This document shows, one piece after another, positions 46,899 to 56,883 of a DNA stretch of 64,000 bases (the stretch's first letter is position 1; each line of letters begins with the position of its first letter). Under the pieces are notes generated by a model that saw only the letters and a program-made list of their open reading frames with translations, had not been told where the DNA came from and searched no databases. This DNA comes from an uncultured virus (IMG/VR IMGVR_UViG_3300033520_000026) (Duplodnaviria > Heunggongvirae > Uroviricota > Caudoviricetes). The translations under genes and the position numbers were made by a program. The DNA is taken from the IMG/VR virus record IMGVR_UViG_3300033520_000026, positions 62,001 to 126,000 of that record. The stretch is one strand, 5' to 3'.

Positions 46899-47246
46899 AT
46901 GGAAGAGGAGAATGCTGTTTCGTTGTCTAGTGTCGTCGGTTCTGAAATTGAGTACACGCCGTTGTCCACCGATGCGGATCGGGTGTTGCAGTTGCCGGCG
47001 CGGATCGTTTGGGAGATCAGCACCATCCCGCATGTTGTGGAAGATCCGTTGCCGCTGTTTGTGGCTGTTAGCGATTGGGCGCTTCTGTATCGTGTAGGAG
47101 AGTACCTGGCGGTGCGTGGGTTTTCAGACAAGGACCAGTTGTCTGAATTCTTGGCAGACATCTATCGCACGGCGGATATCATCGCGGTGCTGTGCAAGGG
47201 CAGGCCGGTGAGATTCAATATGCGCGTGAGCGCGAGGATAGGGTGA
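46899..47246 (+). CDS. Hypothetical protein
   Basis: AAGGAG SD. Confidence 0.55.
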   Translation: MEEENAVSLSSVVGSEIEYTPLSTDADRVLQLPARIVWEISTIPHVVEDPLPLFVAVSDWALLYRVGEYLAVRGFSDKDQLSEFLADIYRTADIIAVLCKGRPVRFNMRVSARIG

Positions 47247-47250
47247 GGAT

Positions 47251-48168
47251 ATGAGCAAGAACGGCAAGATCATCCAGTTCGACAGAAACAAGGCGGCGGG
47301 GCCGTGGCAACCTTTGATTCAGATTCCCCTCTCGGAGGAGGCGGTGCAGTCTGGTGTTGCGTCAGCCTTCCAGAACCACAGGTTTCGGGTGTTTGTGAAG
47401 CAGACGGCCAGCTCGGGATTCATGATGCAGGGGCCGGATGGGCAGTCGCATCCGATGCCGATCCTGCACCTTATCATCTCCGGGGTGAACGGGCGCAAGC
47501 CGGACTACTCCGAGATCCAGCGCATCAAGGCCGAGTTGGTCCACGAGGAAGCGGATGCGGTGGAGTTGTTTCCGGGCAAGGGGCGCGAGATCGATATGCC
47601 GCAGACGCATATCTGGTGCTTGCCGCCTGGGTACGTCATGCCGTTGGGTCTTGTGCGGGCTGCACCGCCAGATCCAAACGCGGAGTTGATCCCTGGGTCT
47701 TCTATCAAGCGGGAAGATTTGCTGTTCTACATCGTGACGACGCAGGCGGAAGGCGCGGATCAGGTTGTCGAGGTGTTCGCCAGCGAGGATGACGCCAAGG
47801 CGTGTTACAACGTGGCTGGGAACGAGTTCTTGCCGGGGCAGTACGCCATGTACGGGCGGGTGCCGACAGAGGACGAGGGAGCGGCGTGGAGCCCTTCGGC
47901 AGTCGAGCGGAGGAACACAATCCAGGCGCGCATCGAGGCGGCGGGTGCGGCCATGGCGGAGCGGCACAGGGCTGGGAAGACACCGACAGAAGAGGAGATG
48001 CGTGCTGGGGTCGAGCGTAAGGGTATCGAAAGGTTGGAGGCCATTTCCGAGGCAGAGCGCATCGCGGACGAGGATGGGGACGATGCTGCCAAGGCGTCAT
48101 TGGCTGAATTGAGGGAGGAGCTAGTCCGGCGTGGGCGCATTGGAAAATCGGATGGAGAAGCTGAGTAA
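47251..48168 (+). CDS. Hypothetical phage protein
   Basis: HLII...P...EIQRIK.EL...AVELFP...HIW domain. Confidence 0.6.
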   Translation: MSKNGKIIQFDRNKAAGPWQPLIQIPLSEEAVQSGVASAFQNHRFRVFVKQTASSGFMMQGPDGQSHPMPILHLIISGVNGRKPDYSEIQRIKAELVHEEADAVELFPGKGREIDMPQTHIWCLPPGYVMPLGLVRAAPPDPNAELIPGSSIKREDLLFYIVTTQAEGADQVVEVFASEDDAKACYNVAGNEFLPGQYAMYGRVPTEDEGAAWSPSAVERRNTIQARIEAAGAAMAERHRAGKTPTEEEMRAGVERKGIERLEAISEAERIADEDGDDAAKASLAELREELVRRGRIGKSDGEAE

Positions 48169-48553
48169 AGCCGATCTGGCGTCCATCGATCTGTGGACTG
48201 CCTGTCCGATGACGTTCCATGCGGGGATGGGAGAGTTCATTATCATCCCGCGCTACACTCCATGTCACAAGCCTAAATATACTGAGAAGATGCGCAGTGA
48301 ACTGAACGCTTTGACGCGTGGTCAGGCGTATCCGCTGGACGAGGGTGATTTCCTGGTGTTCGTCGATCTTGTGGGTCTGCGGCGCACCATTCGTCGGTCG
48401 AATCTCTACACGAGGAGCCAATACGATGATTCCAGGGAGAAAGATCGCGCTGCCTTGGGAGCATTGCGAGCGAAGTCCCGGAGGGCTGTGGGTGAAGGCG
48501 GAGAGGAGGTTGGATGCGATAGCCCTGTGGTGGCAGCCGAGGACGGTGACTAG
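48152..48553 (+). CDS. Hypothetical protein
   Basis: Overlaps both neighbours. Confidence 0.4.
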   Translation: MEKLSKADLASIDLWTACPMTFHAGMGEFIIIPRYTPCHKPKYTEKMRSELNALTRGQAYPLDEGDFLVFVDLVGLRRTIRRSNLYTRSQYDDSREKDRAALGALRAKSRRAVGEGGEEVGCDSPVVAAEDGD

Positions 48554-49016
48554 CGCGGGCAGGGTGCAGACGCTCGATGCCGATGGCAGGGTGACGTCGG
48601 ATGTTCCGTTGGCCCGGGTGAAGTGGGCCGATCCGTGGGTGTCGGCGGGCGAGGTGCCACTGGACGACGCCTTTGTAGAGTGGACAGGTGTTCAGCGCTT
48701 CGATGCGTGTGTTTATGGCACCATGCGCCATCTGTCTGGTCTCTTGGCGTGTGGATTTGGAGACACTCCAGAGGAGGTCGTCGGGTGGTTTGGAGACATG
48801 GGTGCGTTGCAGTGGATCGTTGAAGGCGTGTTGTACAGGATCGAAGGAGGCGATGAGTTCGATGGGATCGATGGGTCTGTTGGAAAGATGGAATTCGATG
48901 AGGATAATGTACCTGTTTTCAATGTTGGAGTTGGGTCGGTGACGTATCCAATACGACTAGACACAGGCGACCTGCTGCGTTCAGTTCTCTGTTCAGTATT
49001 TCCGCAGAACAGGTGA
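48426..49016 (+). CDS. Hypothetical protein
   Basis: Start uncertain. Confidence 0.5.
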   Translation: MIPGRKIALPWEHCERSPGGLWVKAERRLDAIALWWQPRTVTSAGRVQTLDADGRVTSDVPLARVKWADPWVSAGEVPLDDAFVEWTGVQRFDACVYGTMRHLSGLLACGFGDTPEEVVGWFGDMGALQWIVEGVLYRIEGGDEFDGIDGSVGKMEFDEDNVPVFNVGVGSVTYPIRLDTGDLLRSVLCSVFPQNR

Positions 49017-49065
49017 GTTTAGCTCGCGGAAAATTAAAATCGACATTAGCCTGGACGATTTGCCG

Positions 49066-49130
49066 TTGACGAACGCGGTTGGAGGTAGCAAATTCTCACT
49101 AGGCGAGAGAACCTGGCCGCAGATGGCCAG
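49066..49130 (+). promoter_or_regulatory. Sigma70-type promoter plus 5' hairpin
   Basis: TTGACG-17-CAAATT; GAA C CTGGCC GCAGAT GGCCAG. Confidence 0.65.
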
Positions 49131-49149
49131 TAGCTGAAGGAGAGTCATC

Positions 49150-49458
49150 ATGTGTTTTACCCCGACCCAAGTATACGAAATGGCTTGTTATACGTCTTTG
49201 TGGGCTGACGAAGATCCTTCGCGTTGCGGTTGTAGGGGTCGTGGTTGGATGTTGTCGGACGTGGATACGTGGCATCAGTGCCCGGCCCACGGCCGTGGCG
49301 TGATGCACCCCGAGCAAGCGGAGTACGAGGCGGAGATCCGAGAAGAAGTCGAAGCCGCTGCGAAGGCGGCGGGCCTATCCGTCGAGGCGTATCTGGCTTC
49401 TCTGAAAGTTGCGGAGCCGGTCGCGGTCGTGGTTGAAGACGACGGGATCCCGTTCTGA
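49150..49458 (+). CDS. Small Cys/His protein ending in an SSB-like tail (EDDGIPF)
   Basis: CGC...CPAH; AAGGAG SD. Confidence 0.65.
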   Translation: MCFTPTQVYEMACYTSLWADEDPSRCGCRGRGWMLSDVDTWHQCPAHGRGVMHPEQAEYEAEIREEVEAAAKAAGLSVEAYLASLKVAEPVAVVVEDDGIPF

Positions 49459-49501
49459 AACAATACGGGTCACCGATGACCCGCCAACGAAGGAGAATCC
49501 C

Positions 49502-49537
49502 ATGGCAGCAGAAATCGAAAGGGCAATGACCGAATGA
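49502..49537 (+). other. Stub ORF MAAEIERAMTE*, the original 5' end of the DUF932 gene
   Basis: AAGGAG SD; first 6 aa identical to the 50135 gene; TGA overlaps HNH ATG. Confidence 0.7.
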
Positions 49538-50145
49538 CGGTTTGTCTGAAATGCGGGATCGAGAAAAACGATATCGACTTTCCGATTGATCAAAATCGGA
49601 AGAGTGGACGCTATCCATATTGTTGCCAATGCAAGTCCGAAGAACAGAGGGTTCACAACAAGGTTGAAACAGAGGCGCGCAGAAGGTTGCCGAAGCAATG
49701 TCGGAAATGCGGACGGTCCGAACCTGTCGCGGAGTTCCCTTCGCGTTTATCGCATAATTGTTGGGATTGCCATGAGGCTTTGGCATCTGCCCACAGGCCA
49801 GCAAGGGTTCTCGAAGGGGACCAATACGAGAAAAGGCGGAGTCAATCGAAAGTACGCAGGGAACGTCGCAAGCTCATACTGGTTGAAATGTTGGGATCGA
49901 AGTGCGCTGATTGCGGGATCGAGGTCGGTGAGAAATGGCCGTCTGCTTGTTTTGATTTCCATCACGAAGGAACAAAGGAGGCGATCATCGCCAAGCTTAT
50001 GCACAGTTGGAAATCGAAATACGGGCAACTTTTAGAGGAAATCAGGAAATGCACTCTGCTTTGTTCTAATTGCCACAGGAAACGGCATTTTGTTGGATCT
50101 AGCTGCCTGCGAGAATCGCAGGAAGGAGGACAAGATGGCTGCTGA
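49534..50145 (+). mobile_element. Free-standing HNH homing endonuclease
   Basis: Zn fingers; KCADCG...FDFHH...CTLLCSNCHRKRH; lower GC. Confidence 0.8.
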
Positions 50146-51127
50146 GATAGAATCCATGTGTTTCGCAGGCGAGACCCCCTGGCACGGCTTTGGCGAGCAG
50201 CTTCCCGAGGACGCGGACAGCCCCGAGGCCCAGCTCAAGTCGGGCCTGACCTGGGAGGTCGAGAAGCGACCCCTCATGGTCCCGGTCGCTGGCGTCAACC
50301 AGTTCATGGCAGTCGAGGACCACGTCGCCATCGTCCGCAAGACGGACGAGCGCATCCTGGGCGTGGTCGGGGCGGGCTGGCAGGAGCTTCAGCCCTGGGA
50401 GATGTTCGAGTGGACGGACAGCTTGGTCGGCGAGGGGCTCATCAAGTACCACACGGCGGGATCGTTGCGCGGGGGGCGCAAGGTTTGGTTGCTGGCCAAG
50501 TTCGACGAGTCAGTGATCCTGCCGACGGATCGCGTGGGCAAGTTCCTGTTCTTCCTGAACGGGTACGACGGAACGCAGAGCATCGTCATCAACTCGACGG
50601 CGGTCCGCGTGGTATGCATGAACACGGCGCGTCTGGCGCTTGCGGACGGTCGGAGCAGCGAGGTACGCATTCGCCACACGGCGAGCATGAAAGAGCGCAT
50701 GGAGGCGGCTCGTGCGGCGCTGGGCATCGCTCGTGAGCACGGCAAGATTTACGACGCGTTGTTGCGGGCCTTCACCCAGCTTCGCATGACGGGCGAGCGC
50801 TGGAACGAGTACGCGAACGTGCTGATCCCGAACAACCCCGAGGCGAAGCACAACACCCGCGCTCAGAACGCTCGGCAGGCGCTCCTTGGCCTCGCGGTGA
50901 CTGGGCGCGGCCAGGACATCCCGGGCGTCGCGGGGACAGGCTACGCGGCCTACAACGCCGTCACGGAGTACGTCAATTACGTGCGTCCGAGCCGGGGTGG
51001 CGACGAGGCTCAAGAGCGTCGTTTCGAGTCCAGCTTGATGGGCAGCGGCGACGATTTCGTCCAGGCCGCCGTCGTCCAGCTCGATACCTACCTCAAGCAG
51101 GACGGCATCATCGTCCAGGCCGCCTGA
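50135..51127 (+). CDS. DUF932 family protein
   Basis: TPWHG.G...GLTWEV...LGVVG...Q...TAGSLRGGRKVW...RVVCMNT...IRHT...YNAVTEY. Confidence 0.85.
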   Translation: MAAEIESMCFAGETPWHGFGEQLPEDADSPEAQLKSGLTWEVEKRPLMVPVAGVNQFMAVEDHVAIVRKTDERILGVVGAGWQELQPWEMFEWTDSLVGEGLIKYHTAGSLRGGRKVWLLAKFDESVILPTDRVGKFLFFLNGYDGTQSIVINSTAVRVVCMNTARLALADGRSSEVRIRHTASMKERMEAARAALGIAREHGKIYDALLRAFTQLRMTGERWNEYANVLIPNNPEAKHNTRAQNARQALLGLAVTGRGQDIPGVAGTGYAAYNAVTEYVNYVRPSRGGDEAQERRFESSLMGSGDDFVQAAVVQLDTYLKQDGIIVQAA

Positions 51128-51139
51128 TTCCCCCTCCAC

Positions 51140-51155
51140 GCGAACCCAGGTTCGC
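51140..51155. repeat. Dispersed palindrome copy 13, GCGAACCCAGGTTCGC
   Basis: Intergenic, 20 nt upstream of TTGACA at 51176. Confidence 0.95.
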
Positions 51156-51226
51156 CTCTCACATACAATCCTTGTTTGACAACCTGCCGATTTCACGTCT
51201 ATAAATTAGACGCTGAATGAGGTGAC

Positions 51227-51535
51227 GTGATGACGGTTGACGAGATGCTGCGCGACCTGCGCAGCGTGAAGATGCGTCCTAGCGAACGGACACACGTAAA
51301 CGACTTGCGGGTGCGCTTCCAAGTGCTTGGCGCGGTCACACCTTTAGATGAGCGGTGGCTGAGGGACATTTGCCGGCGGTATGGCATCCAACTTCGGATG
51401 CTGCATGAGTCGAGGGAGCGCGCTCGTCATACGAATGCTCTGAGATCGATGGGCATCTCAACTTCTGATGCGGCTGAGCGGGCAGATGTGAGGATGAAGC
51501 AGATGGAGTCAGAGGGAAACGATCTGGGATTTTGA
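51227..51535 (+). CDS. Hypothetical protein
   Basis: GAGG SD. Confidence 0.55.
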   Translation: MMTVDEMLRDLRSVKMRPSERTHVNDLRVRFQVLGAVTPLDERWLRDICRRYGIQLRMLHESRERARHTNALRSMGISTSDAAERADVRMKQMESEGNDLGF

Positions 51536-51551
51536 GAGAGTTGAGGGATGC

Positions 51552-51884
51552 ATGGGAAAAGTGCGCGTGACGTCCGAGGTCATGGATGCTGCCAAGGAGA
51601 TCGTGTTCATCGTGCGTCACATTGTGGACCATCCTTCCGACGTAGATGTTCGCGTGCGCGGTGGTGAATATCGTCTTGGCCTAGAGCTGTTCACGCATCC
51701 TTCTGACGTTGGCCAGGTGGTGGGTAGGTCGGGTCATCTCACTACGTCACTGCGGTCGTTCCTTTCGGCGTTGGCTGGCAAACATAAGATCAAGATTGAT
51801 TTCGACTACGTGACCGAAGAGGACAACGCTCGTGGTGATAGTGAGCTGAGGCAAGGTTCTCGACCTGTTGCTACCGCGACTTGA
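51552..51884 (+). CDS. khpA: KhpA/YlqC-like KH-domain RNA-binding protein
   Basis: IVDHPSDVDV...HPSDVGQVVGRSG...SLR with GxxG loop. Confidence 0.75.
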   Translation: MGKVRVTSEVMDAAKEIVFIVRHIVDHPSDVDVRVRGGEYRLGLELFTHPSDVGQVVGRSGHLTTSLRSFLSALAGKHKIKIDFDYVTEEDNARGDSELRQGSRPVATAT

Positions 51885-51945
51885 CAAACACGGCCATCTG
51901 GTGAATAACCGCAGGCACAGTTAGATCGCCCGAGCGATTCGGGTG
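51881..51945 (+). promoter_or_regulatory. TTGACAAAC promoter plus 5' GAU hairpin
   Basis: GAT CGCCCGA GCGAT TCGGGTG; -10 box weak. Confidence 0.65.
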
Positions 51946-51956
51946 CGGAGGCACGA

Positions 51957-52391
51957 TTGCTGAACAGGCCGACACAGGGTTCTGTGATCTTTTTCGCTCC
52001 TGGTCCCATTGGGTGCGTCGTTTGGGAGCCTGGCACCGGCGCGCGGTATTTCCTCCAGGCGACGGACGTTGGAGATCGGATTGCGGTGGAACTCGGAGGA
52101 CGGATCATGGTGGCGTTATCGTCGATGTCTGACAACACGTTTGTCGCGCATGCCTTGAATCCGGCAAAGACGGGTCATTGGACGAGGGAGTACGTGCGCA
52201 AGAAATGGCAGAGGATTTATGGGATCGGAGATCACGCGGCGCATTTGGCGATGTTGCTGAATTGGAGCCTTGGCGGAGAGCGTGCGCGGGCCTATGCGGA
52301 CGAGCAGTGGCGACTTGTATGTGGAGAGGACGGAAAGGTGGTGAGCCTACATGAAAGACGTGTTCATCGGAGACAAGGTGGGCACCCCTGA
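51957..52391 (+). CDS. Hypothetical protein
   Basis: GGAGG SD; paralog of 44588..44974. Confidence 0.55.
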   Translation: MLNRPTQGSVIFFAPGPIGCVVWEPGTGARYFLQATDVGDRIAVELGGRIMVALSSMSDNTFVAHALNPAKTGHWTREYVRKKWQRIYGIGDHAAHLAMLLNWSLGGERARAYADEQWRLVCGEDGKVVSLHERRVHRRQGGHP

Positions 52392-52605
52392 CGGGGTTGG
52401 TTACGTTGAGGATGTGACTACTTGGCGAGATCGCATCCTGACGATGATTGACGCTGAGGCACAGGAATTCTCGGCGGAATGCCGTCGGTCGCATGGGCAG
52501 AACTATCAGCAGGAGTGGGGACAGATCATGGTGCGGTTTGGCCGGGTGACGCGCACATACGATGCACGTCAAGTAACGATCTTGGAGGGACGTGATGACC
52601 TCTAG
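52351..52605 (+). CDS. Hypothetical protein
   Basis: IGDKV.TPDGVG.V. Confidence 0.5.
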   Translation: MKDVFIGDKVGTPDGVGYVEDVTTWRDRILTMIDAEAQEFSAECRRSHGQNYQQEWGQIMVRFGRVTRTYDARQVTILEGRDDL

Positions 52606-53176
52606 CCGGCTCAAGCTATGTGCGTTGCGGCAATTGGTGCGCGATTCATCCGAGCGGACAGTCGTGGCGAAGGAGAATGTTGAGAAGAAGCGTCAGAAGC
52701 GCAAGCAAAAGGCAGCGGCGGAGCCTAAGCCGGAAGTGCCGAAATTTGAACAGGATCATGGACATTCAAAGAAATCGTTAGTAAATTCAGTGCAGGTGGA
52801 AGATTGGTTTCGAGAAGGGCTGAATTGTTTGTACGGTGGCAAGCTTGAGTTGCCACAGCGCGGCAAGTGGTGGACGGCTGGGGAGCGGAAAAACGCTAAG
52901 AGTTTGTTGGATTTGTATGGCGAGGCTGACGTGAAAAAAGCTGTGTCGCATCTGTGTGAGACATGGCATCAGAGGGTGGAGGCATCCGATGGTGTGCTGG
53001 CAGGGATACCGAGCATTGGGTATCTGGTCAGTCGCAAGGATACGATTTTTGCAGAGGTGAAGGGATTGGCTGCCGTCCCTAAACGGTCAAAAAAGGCGGC
53101 TAGGCGTAAGAACAGTAAGGACTCTGACGAGTATCGCCCACCTGAGAAGCCGAATGATGTTGGGTGGTACGTATGA
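52592..53176 (+). CDS. Putative replication initiation-associated protein
   Basis: Immediately upstream of DnaC-like and DnaB genes. Confidence 0.5.
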   Translation: MMTSSRLKLCALRQLVRDSSERTVVAKENVEKKRQKRKQKAAAEPKPEVPKFEQDHGHSKKSLVNSVQVEDWFREGLNCLYGGKLELPQRGKWWTAGERKNAKSLLDLYGEADVKKAVSHLCETWHQRVEASDGVLAGIPSIGYLVSRKDTIFAEVKGLAAVPKRSKKAARRKNSKDSDEYRPPEKPNDVGWYV

Positions 53177-53829
53177 CTGCGATAGCTATGGATACGACTA
53201 AATTATGGAGGCGGCTAACGGAGACCGATCTGGTGCGAATGCGGATTCCGCGTCGCTACTGGTGGGTTCGTTATGAGGGCATCCCGGACGGGACGTGCGT
53301 TGGCAGTGGAGTGTCCGCTCGCAAGGCGGCTCATAACTACCTGACGCAGATAGACGAGATGCGCCACAACGGCATGGGGCTATTGCTGTGGGGTACGAAT
53401 GGCACGGGCAAGACCTGCATGGCGATTGTGGTAGCGAAGGAGTATCGTCGGCACGGGTATCCCGTGCTGTTCATTGAGGCGGCAGACATCAAGCGTTTCG
53501 TAATCGAGCGCGAGATGTTCGACGAGGACCAGACCTTTTGGGATCGTGCCATGAACGTGGACGTCCTTGTGATTGACGATCTTGGCAAGGGTGTGCAGGA
53601 TTCCACTGGGTTTGGAGCCCGGATGATCGATGAGTTGATCCGGCATCGCAACGCGAGTAAGCTGGTCACGCTCATTACGACCAACATGAACCAGCGTGAC
53701 CTCGCTGAGGAGCTGAAGGTTTCTACGATGTCGTCACTCAAGGAACATGTGTTTCCAATTCATGTCACGGGGATCGACCGTCGTGATGCGGTCGCCAGCG
53801 GAATAGCGAAGACATTGTTCGACCAGTAG
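53173..53829 (+). CDS. dnaC: DnaC/IstB-like AAA+ helicase loader
   Basis: GTNGTGKT; VLVIDDLG; TLITTN. Confidence 0.85.
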   Translation: MTAIAMDTTKLWRRLTETDLVRMRIPRRYWWVRYEGIPDGTCVGSGVSARKAAHNYLTQIDEMRHNGMGLLLWGTNGTGKTCMAIVVAKEYRRHGYPVLFIEAADIKRFVIEREMFDEDQTFWDRAMNVDVLVIDDLGKGVQDSTGFGARMIDELIRHRNASKLVTLITTNMNQRDLAEELKVSTMSSLKEHVFPIHVTGIDRRDAVASGIAKTLFDQ

Positions 53830-53840
53830 CGGAGGGGAAT

Positions 53841-55169
53841 ATGACAGGTTCCTCGGGGCGTATGCCTCATGATCAAGCAGCCGAACGCGCCGTTTTGGGT
53901 GCAGTATTTTTGGAAAATGATTGCCTGGAAAGAATTTCAAGCCTGATCGACGAGGATGATTTCTTTGTCAGTGCCTACAGCAAGATCTACGGGGTCATGT
54001 GTGAATTGCGTCGGAAGGGGGTTGGTGTAGACCACGTAACGGTGGGCAGCGAGTTGCATGCGCTAGGCATCATGGATTCCATAGGTGGACCCATGGTGCT
54101 GGCGGACCTGACCGATGCCGTGGCGACGGTTTCCAACGTCGAATACTACGCCAACATCGTGCATGAGCGGTCTGCGATGCGGTCCGTGATCATGGCGGCA
54201 CGAAACGTGGCAATGAAGAGCTATCCTGGGAACGACCAGGCAGGCGTTGAGACTGAATTTGGGTTGCTTCAGGACGCCATGCACAAGATGGCGCGCACGC
54301 GCTTGCCGACGAGCCTTCTGTCGTTGGGAAATGTTGTGCTCGAAAATTACGAATTGATGGCGCATGGCCGCTCTGGGATTCCACTACCCTGGAAGACTTT
54401 GAGTGCGATGACCTCTGGCATGTGGCCAAAAACGATGACGATGTTTGTAGCTCGCCCTGGATCGGGAAAAACTTTCGTGGCAGTCATTGCAGCAAGACAC
54501 GCCTGGTTACAGGGACACCCCGTGTTGATCGTCTCTCCCGAGATGAGTCGTGTCGAGATCGCGGAGCGGTTTTTTTCCATCCATTCGTCAGTGAGTTATC
54601 AGCGCATCGTGAGTGGCACCGTCTCAGACTTCGAGATGCCAAAATTGCAAGCCACGGTGGAGCATTGCAAGACGCAGGAGGGGCTTTGGATCATGGACGC
54701 GGACGACGACATATCTCCGCGAGGGATCGAGGCTGCAATTCGTGCTTGCCGGCCGTCTCTTCTGGCCATCGACTCTCTGTACGACCTGCACATCCGAGGG
54801 GAGCGTCGTGACAAGCTGCTCGTGGCGCTTGAGTGGTTCAAGGGCACGGTGAAGTATTTCGATTTGGCCGGCGTGGGTTTTGTGCAGTTGAATCGCGCGG
54901 CAGAGGTGTCGGAGAAAAAAGGCGGAGGCGTGCGCCTCGGGACGATTGCGCTGGCAGACGAGATCGGCCAGGACTCTCATGCGGTGTTTGCGCTGGAGCA
55001 GGACAAGGACATGAAGGCCGACCGGAAATTGAGATTCAAGCCGCTCAAGCTACGTCGAGGGTCATACGTTGGGGACGGGGTCGAGGTTCATTGGGATTTT
55101 GAGAGTATGGAATTTTCAGAGATCGACACTTCTGATAGCTCATTTGAAGACGACGCGACGCCGTTCTAA
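53841..55169 (+). CDS. dnaB: Replicative DNA helicase DnaB
   Basis: PHDQAAERAVLG; ARPGSGKT; SPEMS; QLNR; IGQDS. Confidence 0.9.
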   Translation: MTGSSGRMPHDQAAERAVLGAVFLENDCLERISSLIDEDDFFVSAYSKIYGVMCELRRKGVGVDHVTVGSELHALGIMDSIGGPMVLADLTDAVATVSNVEYYANIVHERSAMRSVIMAARNVAMKSYPGNDQAGVETEFGLLQDAMHKMARTRLPTSLLSLGNVVLENYELMAHGRSGIPLPWKTLSAMTSGMWPKTMTMFVARPGSGKTFVAVIAARHAWLQGHPVLIVSPEMSRVEIAERFFSIHSSVSYQRIVSGTVSDFEMPKLQATVEHCKTQEGLWIMDADDDISPRGIEAAIRACRPSLLAIDSLYDLHIRGERRDKLLVALEWFKGTVKYFDLAGVGFVQLNRAAEVSEKKGGGVRLGTIALADEIGQDSHAVFALEQDKDMKADRKLRFKPLKLRRGSYVGDGVEVHWDFESMEFSEIDTSDSSFEDDATPF

Positions 55170-55323
55170 AACGGGGATTTAGAAACGAACCCCGTGCGAA
55201 ATAGGATGGATGAAGCGCCTTGTTTGGTTCCACGCGGGGTTCAAGTACATTTTAAGTCCGCGTTTGGCCGTGTCACAAAAAGCGTCAAGCTGAGATGAGG
55301 AAATTGGCTGTCGATCTTCCGAC

Positions 55324-55339
55324 GCGAACCCAGGTTCGT
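55324..55339. repeat. Dispersed palindrome copy 14, GCGAACCCAGGTTCGT
   Basis: 3 nt upstream of TTGACA at 55343. Confidence 0.95.
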
Positions 55340-55455
55340 GCGTTGACAAACACAGGCGATTGCAGTAACAAAGATCGGCGCGGCTGCGGCTGCGATGAAC
55401 ATTAGACATCTGTTGATGTTGCAAGGCGTTCTCAGTTGAGAACAAGGAGGTTGGC

Positions 55456-56400
55456 ATGCCTGGGATTGGTGATCACGTAAAGACCAGTTTTGGATACGAC
55501 GGCTGGGATCCGCCCGAGGGTCATGGGGAGTTCTCGAATGATGGAGGCGGTGGGGGTGGGTTTGGCCCGACGGATCGTGGTCCGGCGCGGTTCAAGGTGC
55601 CAGAACCTGACGATAACCCGTTGGAGAGGGGCAAGCCTGCTCGCAAGCGATTCATGATCGTTGGTGCGCCGTTCTACATGTGGGAGCACGGAACATACAA
55701 GATGCAGAACATCCCTCGTGGGGTGTATTCACCATTGTGTTTGAAGCAGAACCAGCTCGCTGACCGATGTCCAATGTGCGAGGACAAGCGATGGCCGAGC
55801 TACGGGGCCTACTTCACCGTGGTGGACATGGGATTCGTGCGGTACGCGTCTGGCGGAGCAGAGCTGATCGGAGAGAACTGGGTCGATGACCGTGGCAAGA
55901 GCCACGATATGCAGTTCCGGCGGCGCTTGATGGTGGCGAAGCGTGGGGGGAAGGAAAACCCTGGCACGCTGGCGTTTTTTGAAGACCAGCGCAATCGGCG
56001 TGGCGACCTGACCGGGTGTGTATATGACACGCAGCGCACGGGCAAGAAGAAGGCTGGAATGGGAGACAACCTGGAGTTTGTCGAGCGGGCTGGGTCGGTG
56101 GTCCCTCCGACTGTGGAGGAGATGCGGGCGTACTTGCAGTCGCATGGCGCATCTGACGATGCGCTGAAGTGGGCGAAAGAGACTACTGTGTTCGACCACC
56201 TCAACAAGGAAGAGGTGAAGATCGAGGAGACTCTGTTCACGCGGATCACGCCTATTCGAATGATGCCGCTGCTCTACTCCATGGAGGAGATGGATCGGTG
56301 GATTGGGAACGCGCCACGGGTGGCTCCAGGTGCCACGGATGGCGAGCGCACTTTGACCACGGGCGCTGGATACCAAGAAGACGATCAAATTCCGTTCTGA
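55456..56400 (+). CDS. Phage single-stranded DNA-binding protein (gp32-like)
   Basis: EH...C...CPMC Zn site; acidic tail EDDQIPF; replication context. Confidence 0.65.
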   Translation: MPGIGDHVKTSFGYDGWDPPEGHGEFSNDGGGGGGFGPTDRGPARFKVPEPDDNPLERGKPARKRFMIVGAPFYMWEHGTYKMQNIPRGVYSPLCLKQNQLADRCPMCEDKRWPSYGAYFTVVDMGFVRYASGGAELIGENWVDDRGKSHDMQFRRRLMVAKRGGKENPGTLAFFEDQRNRRGDLTGCVYDTQRTGKKKAGMGDNLEFVERAGSVVPPTVEEMRAYLQSHGASDDALKWAKETTVFDHLNKEEVKIEETLFTRITPIRMMPLLYSMEEMDRWIGNAPRVAPGATDGERTLTTGAGYQEDDQIPF

Positions 56401-56406
56401 TCGTCA

Positions 56407-56883
56407 ATGATAGATGTCATCACAAAACGATGCTTTAAGTGCGGACTCATCAAGCAAATAGGTGATTTCTATCGACACAGTGAAACGGCAGACGGACACC
56501 TTGGGAAGTGCAAAGAGTGCGCGAAAAGAGATACAACTGAGCGCAGAAATGCCAAGTTGAGCGAGGTTAGGGCCTATGATTGTAATCGCGCCCGCGCCAC
56601 TCGTCCAGAACGACGGGCACAGAATACAGAATACAATAGGATATATCACAGAAAAGATCCCAGGCGCGGAGTTGCTTATAGAAAGATTTCAAGATTAGTT
56701 CTGTCTGGAAAGATAGACCGCAAGCCGTGTCAGTGGTGTGGAAGAGAGGAAAATGTTCATGCCCATCATGAAGATTACGATTTTCCGTTGGATGTGATTT
56801 GGTTATGTCCGCCATGCCATAAGCGTCGGCACATTGAAATAAAGGCTGGAGTTCCATTGGACAAGGATAAGACATGCGGGTAG
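56407..56883 (+). mobile_element. Free-standing HNH endonuclease
   Basis: KRCFKC...CKEC; PCQWCG...HAHHEDY...WLCPPCH; AT-rich. Confidence 0.8.
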
